DNA from: Deltaproteobacteria bacterium
GTDB lineage: Bacteria > Desulfobacterota > RBG-13-43-22
Length of the DNA stretch: 51,423 nucleotides
Assembly: GCA_016219065.1 (NCBI GenBank)
Contig: JACRCK010000115.1
Location: 1 to 51,423, forward strand
Direction of reading: 5' to 3'
Under the pieces are notes generated by a model. It was not told the DNA's origin. It did not search any database and saw only the letters and a program-made list of their open reading frames with translations. The position numbers and the translations under genes are program-made. The first letter of the stretch is position 1. The number at the start of each line of letters is the position of its first letter. Positions 35,338-44,513 of this stretch are shown piece by piece.

Positions 35338-37617
35338 ATGGAAAAATACGCTTATATTGGAAAAGACATGAAGCGGATCGATACGAGCCTCAAGGCCACG
35401 GGAGGGGTCCTCTTCGCCGCCGACCTTTCCCTCCCCCGCCTGCTGGTGGGCAAGGTGCTCCGTTCGCCCTATCCGCACGCCCGCATTCTGAATATCGATA
35501 CCGTCCGGGCGGAAAAGCTGCCCGGGGTCAAGGCCGTGGTTACGGCCCAGGATACCTGCGGCGATAAGTGGGGGGTATTCCGTTATACCCAGGACCAGCA
35601 GTTTCTGCCCACGGAAAAGGTGCGCTACGTGGGTGAGGAGGTGGCCGCCGTGGCCGCCGTGGATGAAGACACGGCCCTGGAGGCTTTGAGTCTCATCGAC
35701 GTGCAATACGAAGTGCTCCCGGCTGTTTTCACCATCGCAGAGGCGATGGCCCCCGAGGCCCCGCAGCTCCACGAAGTCTATCCGGGCAATATCAACATCC
35801 ACGTCCAGATCGAGGTGGGGGACCTCGAAAAAGGCTTCGCGGAATCGGCTTTGGTCCGGGAAGACACCTTTACCGCCCCGGAAGACGCCTATTTCATGGC
35901 CGAGCCCTATGCCGTAACCGCCCAGTTCGATACGGCCGGGAACCTGGAAATTTGGATGCCCAACGCCGGCCCCCATCTCAAGGCCAAGCCCCTTTCCAAT
36001 GTGCTCAAGATGCCCTTGAACAAAGTGCGGGTCCGAAAAATCGCCATCGGCGGGGCTTTCGGCGGCCGTTCGGAAATTTCGCCGGCCGATGTGATCTGCG
36101 CCCTGCTGGCCAAAAAGGCCCGCCGGCCGGTCAAGATCGTCTACACCCGGGAGGAAAACACCGTCGCCACCCGGCAGGCCCACTCCATGATCACCCGCAT
36201 CAAGACCGGCGTAGACCGGGACGGTAAGGTGCTGGCCCGGGACATTACCTGTCACTTGGACGGCGGGGCCTACAGTTCCACCGGCCCCATCGCAGTTTCC
36301 GTGCCTTTCCTTTGCATGGAGCAGGCCTACCGCCTGGACAACGTCCGCTACAACGGCTACCGGATCCTGACCAACAAACCGATCCGGGGCATGTTCCGCA
36401 CCCATGGCCGGGCCTTTGCCTGCGGCGTCGATCTGCAGCTCGACCTGCTGGGCCAGGAACTGGGCCTGGATCCCCTGACCATGCGCCTGCGCAACGCCCG
36501 TCAGACCGGGGACTATACGCCCACCAAATCTTTTGTCGCCAGTTGCGGACTGACCGAAACGATTCAGCAGACAGGCGAAAAATCCCGCTGGCGGGAAAAG
36601 TTTGGCAAACTGCCCCCCTATCACGGCATCGGCATCGGCTGCAACTCGGTGCAGACCGGCTTCCCCATGGGCATCCGGGGCGGCTCCCAGGCCCTGATCA
36701 AGCTGAATGAGGACGGCGGGGCCACGGTCATCACCGGGATCGTCGATAACGGGCAGGGCAACGATCATATGATCGTCCAGATTGCCGCCGAAGAGCTGGG
36801 GATCACTCCCGACGACATCCAGTTGATCACCGCCGATACGGAGGTGACGCCCAGCGATCCCGGCTCCTATTCCATGTGCGAAACCTTTATCGGGGGCAAC
36901 GCGGTCCGACTGGCCGCCCAGGATGTGAAGAAGAAACTCTTCAAAATCGCCGCCGAGACCCTCGGCGTGGGCGAAAAGGACCTCAGCGCCCGGGACCGGA
37001 AGATCTTCGTCACCGAAAACCCGACTCAGTCCATGAGCATGGCCAAGGCGGTCCGCATCGGCCTCAGCCGCAACGAATCCATCAGTGGGGAAGGTTCCTA
37101 CTGGCCGAACGTGGATTCCAAGCGGGAATGGGTCAAAAATCCCTTCGGCCAGCTTTCGGAGACCTTTTCCTTCGGCACGGTCATTTGCGAGGTGAAAGTC
37201 GACCCCGAAACGGGCCAGGTGGAGGTGCTGGAGGTGACGGCGGCCCAGGACGTGGGCTATGCCCTGAACCCGAAGGTCATCGAAGGGCAGTTCGAAGGCG
37301 GCATCGCCATGGGCGGCCAGGGGGGCATGCTGAGTGAATTCCTCCAGTGGCACGAAGGGCGGGTGCTCAATCCCACCCAGCTCGACTACCTGGTGCCCCT
37401 GGCCGTGGACATGCCAAAAATCAACAACATCATCGTCGAGACCATCGATCCCAACGGTCCCTACGGGGCCAAGGAGGCCGGCATGTCCGTGGCCATGTCC
37501 GCGGCCCAGGCCTACTGCGGCGCCATCTGTAACGCCATCGGGGTCGATTTGCATGAATTTCCGTTGACGCCGGATAAAATACTGAAAGCCATAGAGGAAA
37601 AGAAAAGCAAGAGTTGA
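35338..37617 (+). CDS. Molybdopterin large subunit (CoxL/XdhA/HcrA-like)
   Basis: MEKYAYIGKDMKRIDTSLKATGG.., ..GGAFGGRS.., ..GYRILTNKPIRGMFRTHG.., ..PYGAKEAGMS... The ORF-track start at 35161 overlaps the upstream gene, and ATG 35338 follows GGAGAGGAGAGG. Confidence 0.9.
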   Translation: MEKYAYIGKDMKRIDTSLKATGGVLFAADLSLPRLLVGKVLRSPYPHARILNIDTVRAEKLPGVKAVVTAQDTCGDKWGVFRYTQDQQFLPTEKVRYVGEEVAAVAAVDEDTALEALSLIDVQYEVLPAVFTIAEAMAPEAPQLHEVYPGNINIHVQIEVGDLEKGFAESALVREDTFTAPEDAYFMAEPYAVTAQFDTAGNLEIWMPNAGPHLKAKPLSNVLKMPLNKVRVRKIAIGGAFGGRSEISPADVICALLAKKARRPVKIVYTREENTVATRQAHSMITRIKTGVDRDGKVLARDITCHLDGGAYSSTGPIAVSVPFLCMEQAYRLDNVRYNGYRILTNKPIRGMFRTHGRAFACGVDLQLDLLGQELGLDPLTMRLRNARQTGDYTPTKSFVASCGLTETIQQTGEKSRWREKFGKLPPYHGIGIGCNSVQTGFPMGIRGGSQALIKLNEDGGATVITGIVDNGQGNDHMIVQIAAEELGITPDDIQLITADTEVTPSDPGSYSMCETFIGGNAVRLAAQDVKKKLFKIAAETLGVGEKDLSARDRKIFVTENPTQSMSMAKAVRIGLSRNESISGEGSYWPNVDSKREWVKNPFGQLSETFSFGTVICEVKVDPETGQVEVLEVTAAQDVGYALNPKVIEGQFEGGIAMGGQGGMLSEFLQWHEGRVLNPTQLDYLVPLAVDMPKINNIIVETIDPNGPYGAKEAGMSVAMSAAQAYCGAICNAIGVDLHEFPLTPDKILKAIEEKKSKS

Positions 37618-37629
37618 AAACATAGCCTT

Positions 37630-37705
37630 GGAGTAATGGAGTGTTGGAGTATTGGAGTATTGTTCGACAGCAGCACTCCATTACTCCAATTCTCCATCAC
37701 TCCAA
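37630..37705. repeat. Palindromic intergenic repeat (ggagtaatggagt..ttggagtattggagtattg), copy 2
   Basis: Same family as 1619-1695. It sits immediately after a + strand stop codon. Confidence 0.8.
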
Positions 37706-37726
37706 TCACGGGATTAAGGAGGCATA

Positions 37727-38872
37727 ATGAAGGCATTGGTAATCGGCGGAACAGGCGGTATGGGGCAGGGGGTGGCCCGGGACCTCATCAAACAGGAGCA
37801 GATAACAAACGTCACGCTCGGTGACATCAATATAGATCCTGGCCGAGTGCAGGATAAATTAAAGGCCAGTCCGAAAGTGGCCCTGAAAAAAATCGACGTC
37901 AACGATCATCCGGGCATGGTGTCCGCCATTAAAGAAGTGGACGTGGTCATCAATACCGCCGGGCCTTTTTACAAGACCGCCGTGGCCGTGGCCCGGGCCG
38001 CTGTGGAGGCCAAGGTCAATTATATCGATATCTGCGACGACTATGAGGCGGTGCCCGTGCTCTTTTCCGAGGCCGCCATCGACCAGGCCGCCAAAGAGGC
38101 GGGCATTACCGTGCTGACGGGCATGGGGTCCGATCCCGGAACCAATAACGTGCTGGTCAAGTGGTATGCGAATCAACTGGACCGGGTCGACGAGATCCAT
38201 CTCTTCTGGGTGGTCAGCATCGCCGAACTGGCGGGCGCGGCCTGGGATCACAGCCTGCACATGGTGACCGGAAAAATCCCCCAATATCTGGACGGAAAGC
38301 TGGAATACGTGGACGGCGGCACGGGCGAGGAGATCGCCACTTTTCTGGAGCCCCTCGGCACCTGCCAGGTCCGCTATGTGGGCCATCCGCAGCCGATCAC
38401 CATCCCCCGCTACATCGAGGGCGTGAAAAAAGTCGTCATCAAAGGCGCCCTCATCCCGGGTTGGGTGGATGCCTTGATCCAAGAGCAAAACGATACGGGA
38501 TTTCTCAGCACCGAGGTCCTGGAGGTGAAGGGAACCCGGGTGGTGCCCTACGACCTGACGCTGAAACTCTGGGAAACGATCCCCAAGGGCCGGGACAACG
38601 GGCCCAACTCCTCCGGGCTGAAGGTGATCGTCAAGGGCGAGCGCAACGGCAAACGGGTGACCTATACGGCCGATATGGCGGGCCGGATGGCGCCGGGTAC
38701 GGGTCTGCCCGCCTCCATTGCGGCGTTGATGATGGCGGCGGGCGACGTGACGGTCAAAGGCGTGGTGGCCCCCGAAGGGTGCATCGATCCGGAAAAATTC
38801 CTGGCCGCCTTGATTCTGCGCGGGGCCCGGATCCATCAGACGGAGACGATCAGTTCGTTGCTGAAGGTCTAA
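37727..38872 (+). CDS. Saccharopine-dehydrogenase-family NAD(P)-binding protein
   Basis: MKALVIGGTGGMGQGVARDL Rossmann start, ..VVINTAGPFYK.., 381 aa. Confidence 0.7.
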   Translation: MKALVIGGTGGMGQGVARDLIKQEQITNVTLGDINIDPGRVQDKLKASPKVALKKIDVNDHPGMVSAIKEVDVVINTAGPFYKTAVAVARAAVEAKVNYIDICDDYEAVPVLFSEAAIDQAAKEAGITVLTGMGSDPGTNNVLVKWYANQLDRVDEIHLFWVVSIAELAGAAWDHSLHMVTGKIPQYLDGKLEYVDGGTGEEIATFLEPLGTCQVRYVGHPQPITIPRYIEGVKKVVIKGALIPGWVDALIQEQNDTGFLSTEVLEVKGTRVVPYDLTLKLWETIPKGRDNGPNSSGLKVIVKGERNGKRVTYTADMAGRMAPGTGLPASIAALMMAAGDVTVKGVVAPEGCIDPEKFLAALILRGARIHQTETISSLLKV

Positions 38873-38886
38873 GCAAACCGCCCGAG

Positions 38887-38974
38887 TTCGTCATTCCGGA
38901 CGACCGAAGGGAGATCCGGAATCCAGGACCAGGAACAATTATCAATAATCAATTATCAATTATTAATTGTCAAT
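38887..38974. repeat. Intergenic repeat: tccgga-flanked hairpin plus an AT-rich caattatcaat short-period tract
   Basis: ttcgtcattccggacgaccgaagggagatccggaatcc, then caattatcaataatcaattatcaattattaattgtcaat. Confidence 0.6.
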
Positions 38975-39019
38975 GAAAAGCGCGGTAGACCAAATTAGGC
39001 ATCGACAAGGAAACCAATC

Positions 39020-40276
39020 ATGAACAGCGCCGAAAAACTCAACATCAGCAAAAGCCAGGCAGCGTTTCAGGAGGCCCTGGACCTCATCCCCGGAGGGGTC
39101 CTGGGGGCCCGGAAGCCCGCCGATTTCATCGAGGGGGAATACCCCATCTTCGTGGACAGCGGCCGGGGCGGCCGGGTCACCGACGTGGACGGCAACGAAT
39201 ACATCGATTTCCTCTGCGGCTACGGGCCGATCATTTTGGGATATCGGGAGGCGGAGGTGGACGAGGCCGTGTACCGCCAGATCCGGGACAAGGGCTTCTG
39301 TTTTACCCTGACGCAGCGGTATCAGAACGAGCTGGCCAAAAAACTGCGCCAACTGGTCCCCTGTTCGGAAATGAGTATTTTTTTGAAGACCGGTTCCGAC
39401 GCCACCACGGCGAGCGTCCGCATCGCCCGGGCTTTTACCGGCCGGGTCAAGGTGATGCGTAGCGGCTACCACGGCTGGCACGACTGGTGCGTAGAGATGA
39501 AGGGCGGCATCCCGGAAAAGTTTTACGAAGACGTTTTCGAGTTCCGCTACAACCGCCTCGATCAGCTAGAGGAACTGATGGCCCAGCACGGCGATCAGAC
39601 GGCGGCCATCATTATGACCCCCTTCGGACACCCCTTGCATGCCAAGATGGAAGAGCCTAAACCCGGATTCTTGGAAGGAGTCCGGGAAATTGCCGATCGC
39701 TACGGCGCCGTTCTGGTCTTTGACGAGGTCCGGACCGGATTCCGCATGTCTCTGGGCGGGGCCCAGGCCTATTACGGGGTCACCCCCGACTTGGCGGTCC
39801 TGGGCAAGGGCATGGCCAATGGTTACGCCATCAGCGTAGTGACCGGAAAAAAAGAGGTGATGATGGCCTCGGCCCAAAAACTTTTCATCTCCTCCACCTT
39901 CTTCCCCAACAGCGACGGGTACGTGGCCGCCCTGAAAACCATCGAGATTCTGGAACGGGACCGGGTCCTGGACCAGATCTGGGCCAAGGGCGCCCGTTTC
40001 TATAAAAAAATTCAGGACTGCCTGGACCGCTACGACGTAGGCGCCGAACTGACCGGCGTGGCCCCCATGTTTTTCGTTACCTTCAAGCCGGACACGGCCA
40101 AAACCCACCGGGCCAAGCGGGATGATTTTTACACTCAGCTCATCCGCCGCCGGATTTTTTTGCATCCCCACCATCATGGCTACCTCTGCCACCGACACAC
40201 CGAAAAGGACCTGGACCTCACCATCCAGGCCATCGACGAGTCCTTGACCTACGTAAAAGAAAAACACGGCCGTTAG
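39020..40276 (+). CDS. Class III PLP aminotransferase (glutamate-1-semialdehyde aminomutase-like)
   Basis: ..FLCGYGPIILGY.., ..VLVFDEVRTGFR.., PLP-Lys region AVLGKGMANGY. 418 aa. Confidence 0.85.
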   Translation: MNSAEKLNISKSQAAFQEALDLIPGGVLGARKPADFIEGEYPIFVDSGRGGRVTDVDGNEYIDFLCGYGPIILGYREAEVDEAVYRQIRDKGFCFTLTQRYQNELAKKLRQLVPCSEMSIFLKTGSDATTASVRIARAFTGRVKVMRSGYHGWHDWCVEMKGGIPEKFYEDVFEFRYNRLDQLEELMAQHGDQTAAIIMTPFGHPLHAKMEEPKPGFLEGVREIADRYGAVLVFDEVRTGFRMSLGGAQAYYGVTPDLAVLGKGMANGYAISVVTGKKEVMMASAQKLFISSTFFPNSDGYVAALKTIEILERDRVLDQIWAKGARFYKKIQDCLDRYDVGAELTGVAPMFFVTFKPDTAKTHRAKRDDFYTQLIRRRIFLHPHHHGYLCHRHTEKDLDLTIQAIDESLTYVKEKHGR

Positions 40277-40395
40277 GGTGCGGCTCAGACCCGGGACCTC
40301 GCCTGGCGCATAAGACACCGGTTTCGGCCGGGTGGCCGAGAACAAGAAAAAGGTCTGGAATTCCAGCCCTAAAATTACGCGCTAACATTTTACAG

Positions 40396-40424
40396 ACGCC
40401 GCCGGCCCTGCCGGTGGCTTTTTT
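40396..40424 (+). terminator. Rho-independent terminator nested inside a longer inverted repeat
   Basis: gccgccggc / gccggtggc stem plus T6. The outer arms gctaacatttt (40381-40391) and aaaatgttagc (40432-40442) are complementary. Confidence 0.65.
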
Positions 40425-40661
40425 GGGGGGGAAAATGTTAGCAGAAGCCATTCAGCGGTAAACGTCCTTTTCCGGAATCGCCCCTGGCAAAGTCAATAGG
40501 ATCACGGCAGTCCCCGAACCGATTACCAGAGTTATAAAGTCGAGTTCTTCCTGAGGTCCTCTGCAGGCCATTTCGAATAAAACGGTAAGGCTGCCAAAAA
40601 AATGAGCCACCTTATGAATTTAACCAACCTGGGGATTGATTCGATTAGGAGGGAGTAAGTT

Positions 40662-42134
40662 ATGAAACACCCAAGCATAATATCCAAAGTTATTCTCGCC
40701 GTGTCTTTGCTATTACTGGTCGTGGTAGCCGCGAGCGCTACGGTGTCCTCCACTGCTATAGCGGACTCACCGGGAAGAAAGAACAATATTACTACCGCTA
40801 ATACCTTTGACCACGGCGCTGAGCTGGCTTCCTGTGACAGCCAAGGCGTAAACGATGGAAGGATTTCTTTGCAAGAGCAGTATAAGGCCGATGTCGAAAC
40901 CGCCCAGTTGAACGAGGGAAGAAGGTTGACTGCTCCGTCAAGCGATCTACCTTTTTTCAAAAAAACCGGGTTGTTAATGGCTGAAACGGATACTGATGAC
41001 GATGGTATGCCTGATACCTGGGAAATTGCCAATGGATTGAATCCAAACGATCCCAGTGACACCTGGGCAGATCCTGATGGCGACCACGTCATTAATCTGT
41101 TTGAATACCAGTTAGGCAGTAACCCTCATAATGCTTCGCGCCCTACCGTTGTGACTGTATCTGCAGGGGGGAATGTAACGGCCGCTATTAATTCTGCAAC
41201 CACCGGTCAGGTTATCCGTGTGGAAGGGGGAACCTACAATCTGAATTATATAACCTTTAGCCCCAAGACGATCATGCTTCAAGGAGGGTGGAATAGTGAC
41301 TTTACCCGCCGAAGTCCCGGTGTCACCCCCACGATATTTGATGGTCGTTCTTTGGATGAAGTGCTTTATTTTTCTTTTAGCAGTGGTGCGAACTCGGTTA
41401 TCTTGGATGGCCTGACCCTGATCAACGGTAAAGGTTCTTTTGGTGCACTCAATATGACCGCTGACGGTACATCAGTGATGAAGTGGAGTTTTATGAACTC
41501 CACCATTGTCAATTCAGAGTCTACGACCACTTTTGGTGGCGCCTTTAATATTCATCACCGGACCGGAAGCGAATCGGACGTTTTTCTCATCAATAGCATC
41601 ATTGCCAATAACAGCAGCAGTGGCATATATAATCAAACGACCGGAACAGCCGTAGGAAGGTGGCATGTCAGGAATTCAGATATTACCAATAATCAGAGTC
41701 CAGACGTAGACGAAGGATACGGAATTGATGGGTTTACTTTGGATAATGGGGTGTTGGCCATCAAAATAAAAAACACCATCCTCTGGGGAAATCAAACAAC
41801 GGACTTGAACATTGATGGCTTCGGTAATTCCACTACAGTTGCGGCCGATTATTCAGACGTTGGAACGATTAATGTAGTTTTTGGTGCAATCTACACTCCA
41901 GGAGCCGGGATAATTAATAGTAATCCACGTTTCGTCGCCCCAGCGAGTGGTAATTTTACCGTTCAAAAAGGATCACCGTGTATTGATGCCGGCACCAATA
42001 CCGGTGCACCACCCACTGACTTTGCGGGTATTCCACGGCCAGTGGATGGTGACCAAAATGGTTCCGCAACATCTGACATCGGGGCGTTTGAGTTTCTGCC
42101 CTGGTCCATTTACCTGCCGCGCGTTGGGCGGTGA
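40662..42134 (+). CDS. Secreted right-handed beta-helix protein (choice-of-anchor-Q-like) with thrombospondin-type-3-like Asp-rich motifs
   Basis: AGGAGG RBS and a signal peptide. DTDDDGMPDTWEIANGLNPNDPSD..DPDGDHVINLFEY. Repetitive N/G/T-rich beta-helix turns. C-terminal ..DGDQNGSATSDIGAFEF. Confidence 0.75.
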   Translation: MKHPSIISKVILAVSLLLLVVVAASATVSSTAIADSPGRKNNITTANTFDHGAELASCDSQGVNDGRISLQEQYKADVETAQLNEGRRLTAPSSDLPFFKKTGLLMAETDTDDDGMPDTWEIANGLNPNDPSDTWADPDGDHVINLFEYQLGSNPHNASRPTVVTVSAGGNVTAAINSATTGQVIRVEGGTYNLNYITFSPKTIMLQGGWNSDFTRRSPGVTPTIFDGRSLDEVLYFSFSSGANSVILDGLTLINGKGSFGALNMTADGTSVMKWSFMNSTIVNSESTTTFGGAFNIHHRTGSESDVFLINSIIANNSSSGIYNQTTGTAVGRWHVRNSDITNNQSPDVDEGYGIDGFTLDNGVLAIKIKNTILWGNQTTDLNIDGFGNSTTVAADYSDVGTINVVFGAIYTPGAGIINSNPRFVAPASGNFTVQKGSPCIDAGTNTGAPPTDFAGIPRPVDGDQNGSATSDIGAFEFLPWSIYLPRVGR

Positions 42135-42648
42135 TGGTTGAGTGAAAACCCGAAGGGTCGGCGAAACCCTGAAGGCCCGGATGGTTCTTCGGTCGCCTCC
42201 CAACTGCCCAACATTCGGTGCAATTGACGCCGCCCGATCGGGCGCGTTTTCGATGCTGTTCGACCGTTACTGCTTTGTCGGCGGAGGGGACTGATCCGCC
42301 CGCAGGTCGACGGCGCAACTGACCTTGGCCATCGCGATGGTATCTTTTTTACGGATAATCATCTCAGGATTTTCGTCAGTTATTCCAGATAGTCTTTTCA
42401 GAGGAGAACCTGGATCTCTTTGATCCGGCTGGAGAGGTCAGCCTGGGAAATAACCCCCCGGGGGACTTTCGGGTATAGCCGGTTGTTTTTTGGTGGAAAA
42501 CCGGTAGGAATTGCTTTTTCTTGGACCAGGCCAAAAAACTTAGACGAGCGCCCGACTCTTGACCCCCTCCCTGGTCCTTCAGAGAAGGGGCCAAGAGTAG
42601 CCGAGCAGTGTAGTTTAAGTGTGATTATCCACCGTTATCGCGCCGGTG

Positions 42649-44490
42649 TTAATCATCCTCCTCTTCCTCATCATCCAAGTCTATGTACACCGTCGCAGTT
42701 CCACTCCAGAGGGCCGAAACGTTCCCGGCGGCGTCTTTGACCCACGGGTAAAGCCTCTTGGTCCCTTCGGAAGTAAATCTGTAGCTGGTGGGCGGCGTGG
42801 ACCGCCAGTAGGATGAAGAGGCCCCGGGCCGGGTGGAACTGGTGGTGACCATATATCCGGTCACCCCCACATTGTCCGTGGCCCGGAAACTCAGGATCGG
42901 CACGGTCAGCGATTCGGACTGGCGCGGGAGCAGGAACTCCGTTACGCTTGGGGCCGTCCGGTCCCCGGCGACGGTGATGTCAACATTGTCCCATACGCTT
43001 TCCGAGACATTGCCCGCCGCGTCTTTGGCCCAGCCGTAGAGGGTCTTGGCGCCCGCCGAAGAAAAGGTATAGCTGGTCGGAGGGGTGGCGCTCCAGCCCG
43101 AGGCGGTCGCCGCCGGCGCCGTCGGGGTTGTGGTGATCAGGTAGGCGGAGGCCCCGACGTTGTCGATGGCCCGGAAGGCCACGATCGGCACGGTAAGGGA
43201 GGTGCTGGTCAGGGGCAGAGTGAATTCCATCACCTCGGGAGACTCGACGTCGGCCTCGCCGCCGCCGCCGGAAGTAACGGTCACGGTCCGGCTCACGCCG
43301 TTGGAGACATTGCCGGCGGCATCTTTGGCCCAGCCGTAGAGGGTTTTGGACCCGGCGCTGGCAAAGGTATAACCGGTGGGGACCGCCGCGGTCCATCCGG
43401 CTGCCGTGGCCGCTGGTTTGGTGGGGCTTTCGTTGACCAGGTAGCCGGTCACCCCCACGTTATCCGTGGCCGAGAAGGAGGTAATCGACACGGTTAAAGA
43501 GCCGGCAGTGGCGCCAACGGTAAAGCCTGAAACCACCGGCAGGGTCGTGTCGGCCGCCGGGGGCAGGGTGACGGTCACGGTGCGGCTCAGGCTGTTGGAG
43601 ACGTTGCCGGCAGCATCCCGGGCCCAGGCATAGAGGGTCTTGGCCCCGGAAGTGGTACCGGCCGGAAAGGAAAAGCTGGTCGGGGCTGTGGTAGACCAAC
43701 CCGCCGCCGCAGCCGTGGGAGCGGTAACCGTGGCGGTCACCAGGTAACCGTTTACACCGGAGCCTCCGGTATTGTCCGAGGCCGTAAAGGAAGTAATCGG
43801 GACGGTCAAGGAACTGGCGCTGGTGGGGATGGTAAAGGTGTTGACCGTCGGCCGGGTGGTGTCGGTGGTGGTAATGGTAATCGTGACGCCGTCGCTCCGG
43901 CTGAGGGAAACGTTTCCCTTAGCATCCTTGGCCCACGCATAGAGGGTCTTGGCACCGGCGGTGCCAAAGGTATAGCTGGTGGGAGCTGAAGCCGTCCAAC
44001 CGGTGACGTAGGCTGATGGCCTAGCCGAAGTCTCTCTGACCATGTACCCGGCTACCCCCACATTATCCGTGGCGGTCAAGGTAATCGGCACGGCCAAGGA
44101 CCCGGAAGTGCCTGGGATAGTAAAAGACGCCACCGGCAGGACGGCATCGCATGACGCTGGAACGCTGCTGTTAACGTCGGGGCGGGTCCGGTCAGTTATC
44201 TCGGCTACATTGGGACAACCGTCTCCGTCTGAATCCAATGGCTCGATTGCCGCATAATCGTGATTGTTGTTCCTGAAGGCGGTGGCATAGGAAGTGAACT
44301 GGCCGGTATTCCCATTGGGGTGGCAAAGGACGCAGTTGGCGCTGCTATTGGCACCCAGGGCCGTGCCGGCGGTCGTCCCATACAAGGTATTGAACGAGGA
44401 GGTATAGGAACTGACTCCGAATACGTAGCCGGAGATCAGCAGCACAACAGCCAGGCTAAGCAAGGGTATGGTTATTCTCGATTTTCTCAT
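42649..44490 (-). CDS. Secreted protein: N-terminal CxxCH domain, five tandem ~95-aa Ig-like repeats, acidic tail
   Basis: AAGGAG lies 7 nt upstream of ATG 44490 (an alternative ATG at 44517 overlaps the protease stop as ATGA). CVLCH motif. The repeat core ..TLY(A/G)WAKDAAGNVS.. occurs five times. It ends DLDDEEEEDD. Confidence 0.8.
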   Translation of the reverse strand: MRKSRITIPLLSLAVVLLISGYVFGVSSYTSSFNTLYGTTAGTALGANSSANCVLCHPNGNTGQFTSYATAFRNNNHDYAAIEPLDSDGDGCPNVAEITDRTRPDVNSSVPASCDAVLPVASFTIPGTSGSLAVPITLTATDNVGVAGYMVRETSARPSAYVTGWTASAPTSYTFGTAGAKTLYAWAKDAKGNVSLSRSDGVTITITTTDTTRPTVNTFTIPTSASSLTVPITSFTASDNTGGSGVNGYLVTATVTAPTAAAAGWSTTAPTSFSFPAGTTSGAKTLYAWARDAAGNVSNSLSRTVTVTLPPAADTTLPVVSGFTVGATAGSLTVSITSFSATDNVGVTGYLVNESPTKPAATAAGWTAAVPTGYTFASAGSKTLYGWAKDAAGNVSNGVSRTVTVTSGGGGEADVESPEVMEFTLPLTSTSLTVPIVAFRAIDNVGASAYLITTTPTAPAATASGWSATPPTSYTFSSAGAKTLYGWAKDAAGNVSESVWDNVDITVAGDRTAPSVTEFLLPRQSESLTVPILSFRATDNVGVTGYMVTTSSTRPGASSSYWRSTPPTSYRFTSEGTKRLYPWVKDAAGNVSALWSGTATVYIDLDDEEEEDD

Positions 44491-44513
44491 ATTGGTTCTC
44501 CTTAAGATGGTAT

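Noticed and set aside
41956-42740. ORFs 41956-42318(-), 42376-42594(-) and 42420-42740(+) in the gap after the beta-helix gene
   Set aside because: They have biased, motif-free translations and no RBS, and they overlap each other and neighbouring genes. The region is treated as non-coding or decayed.
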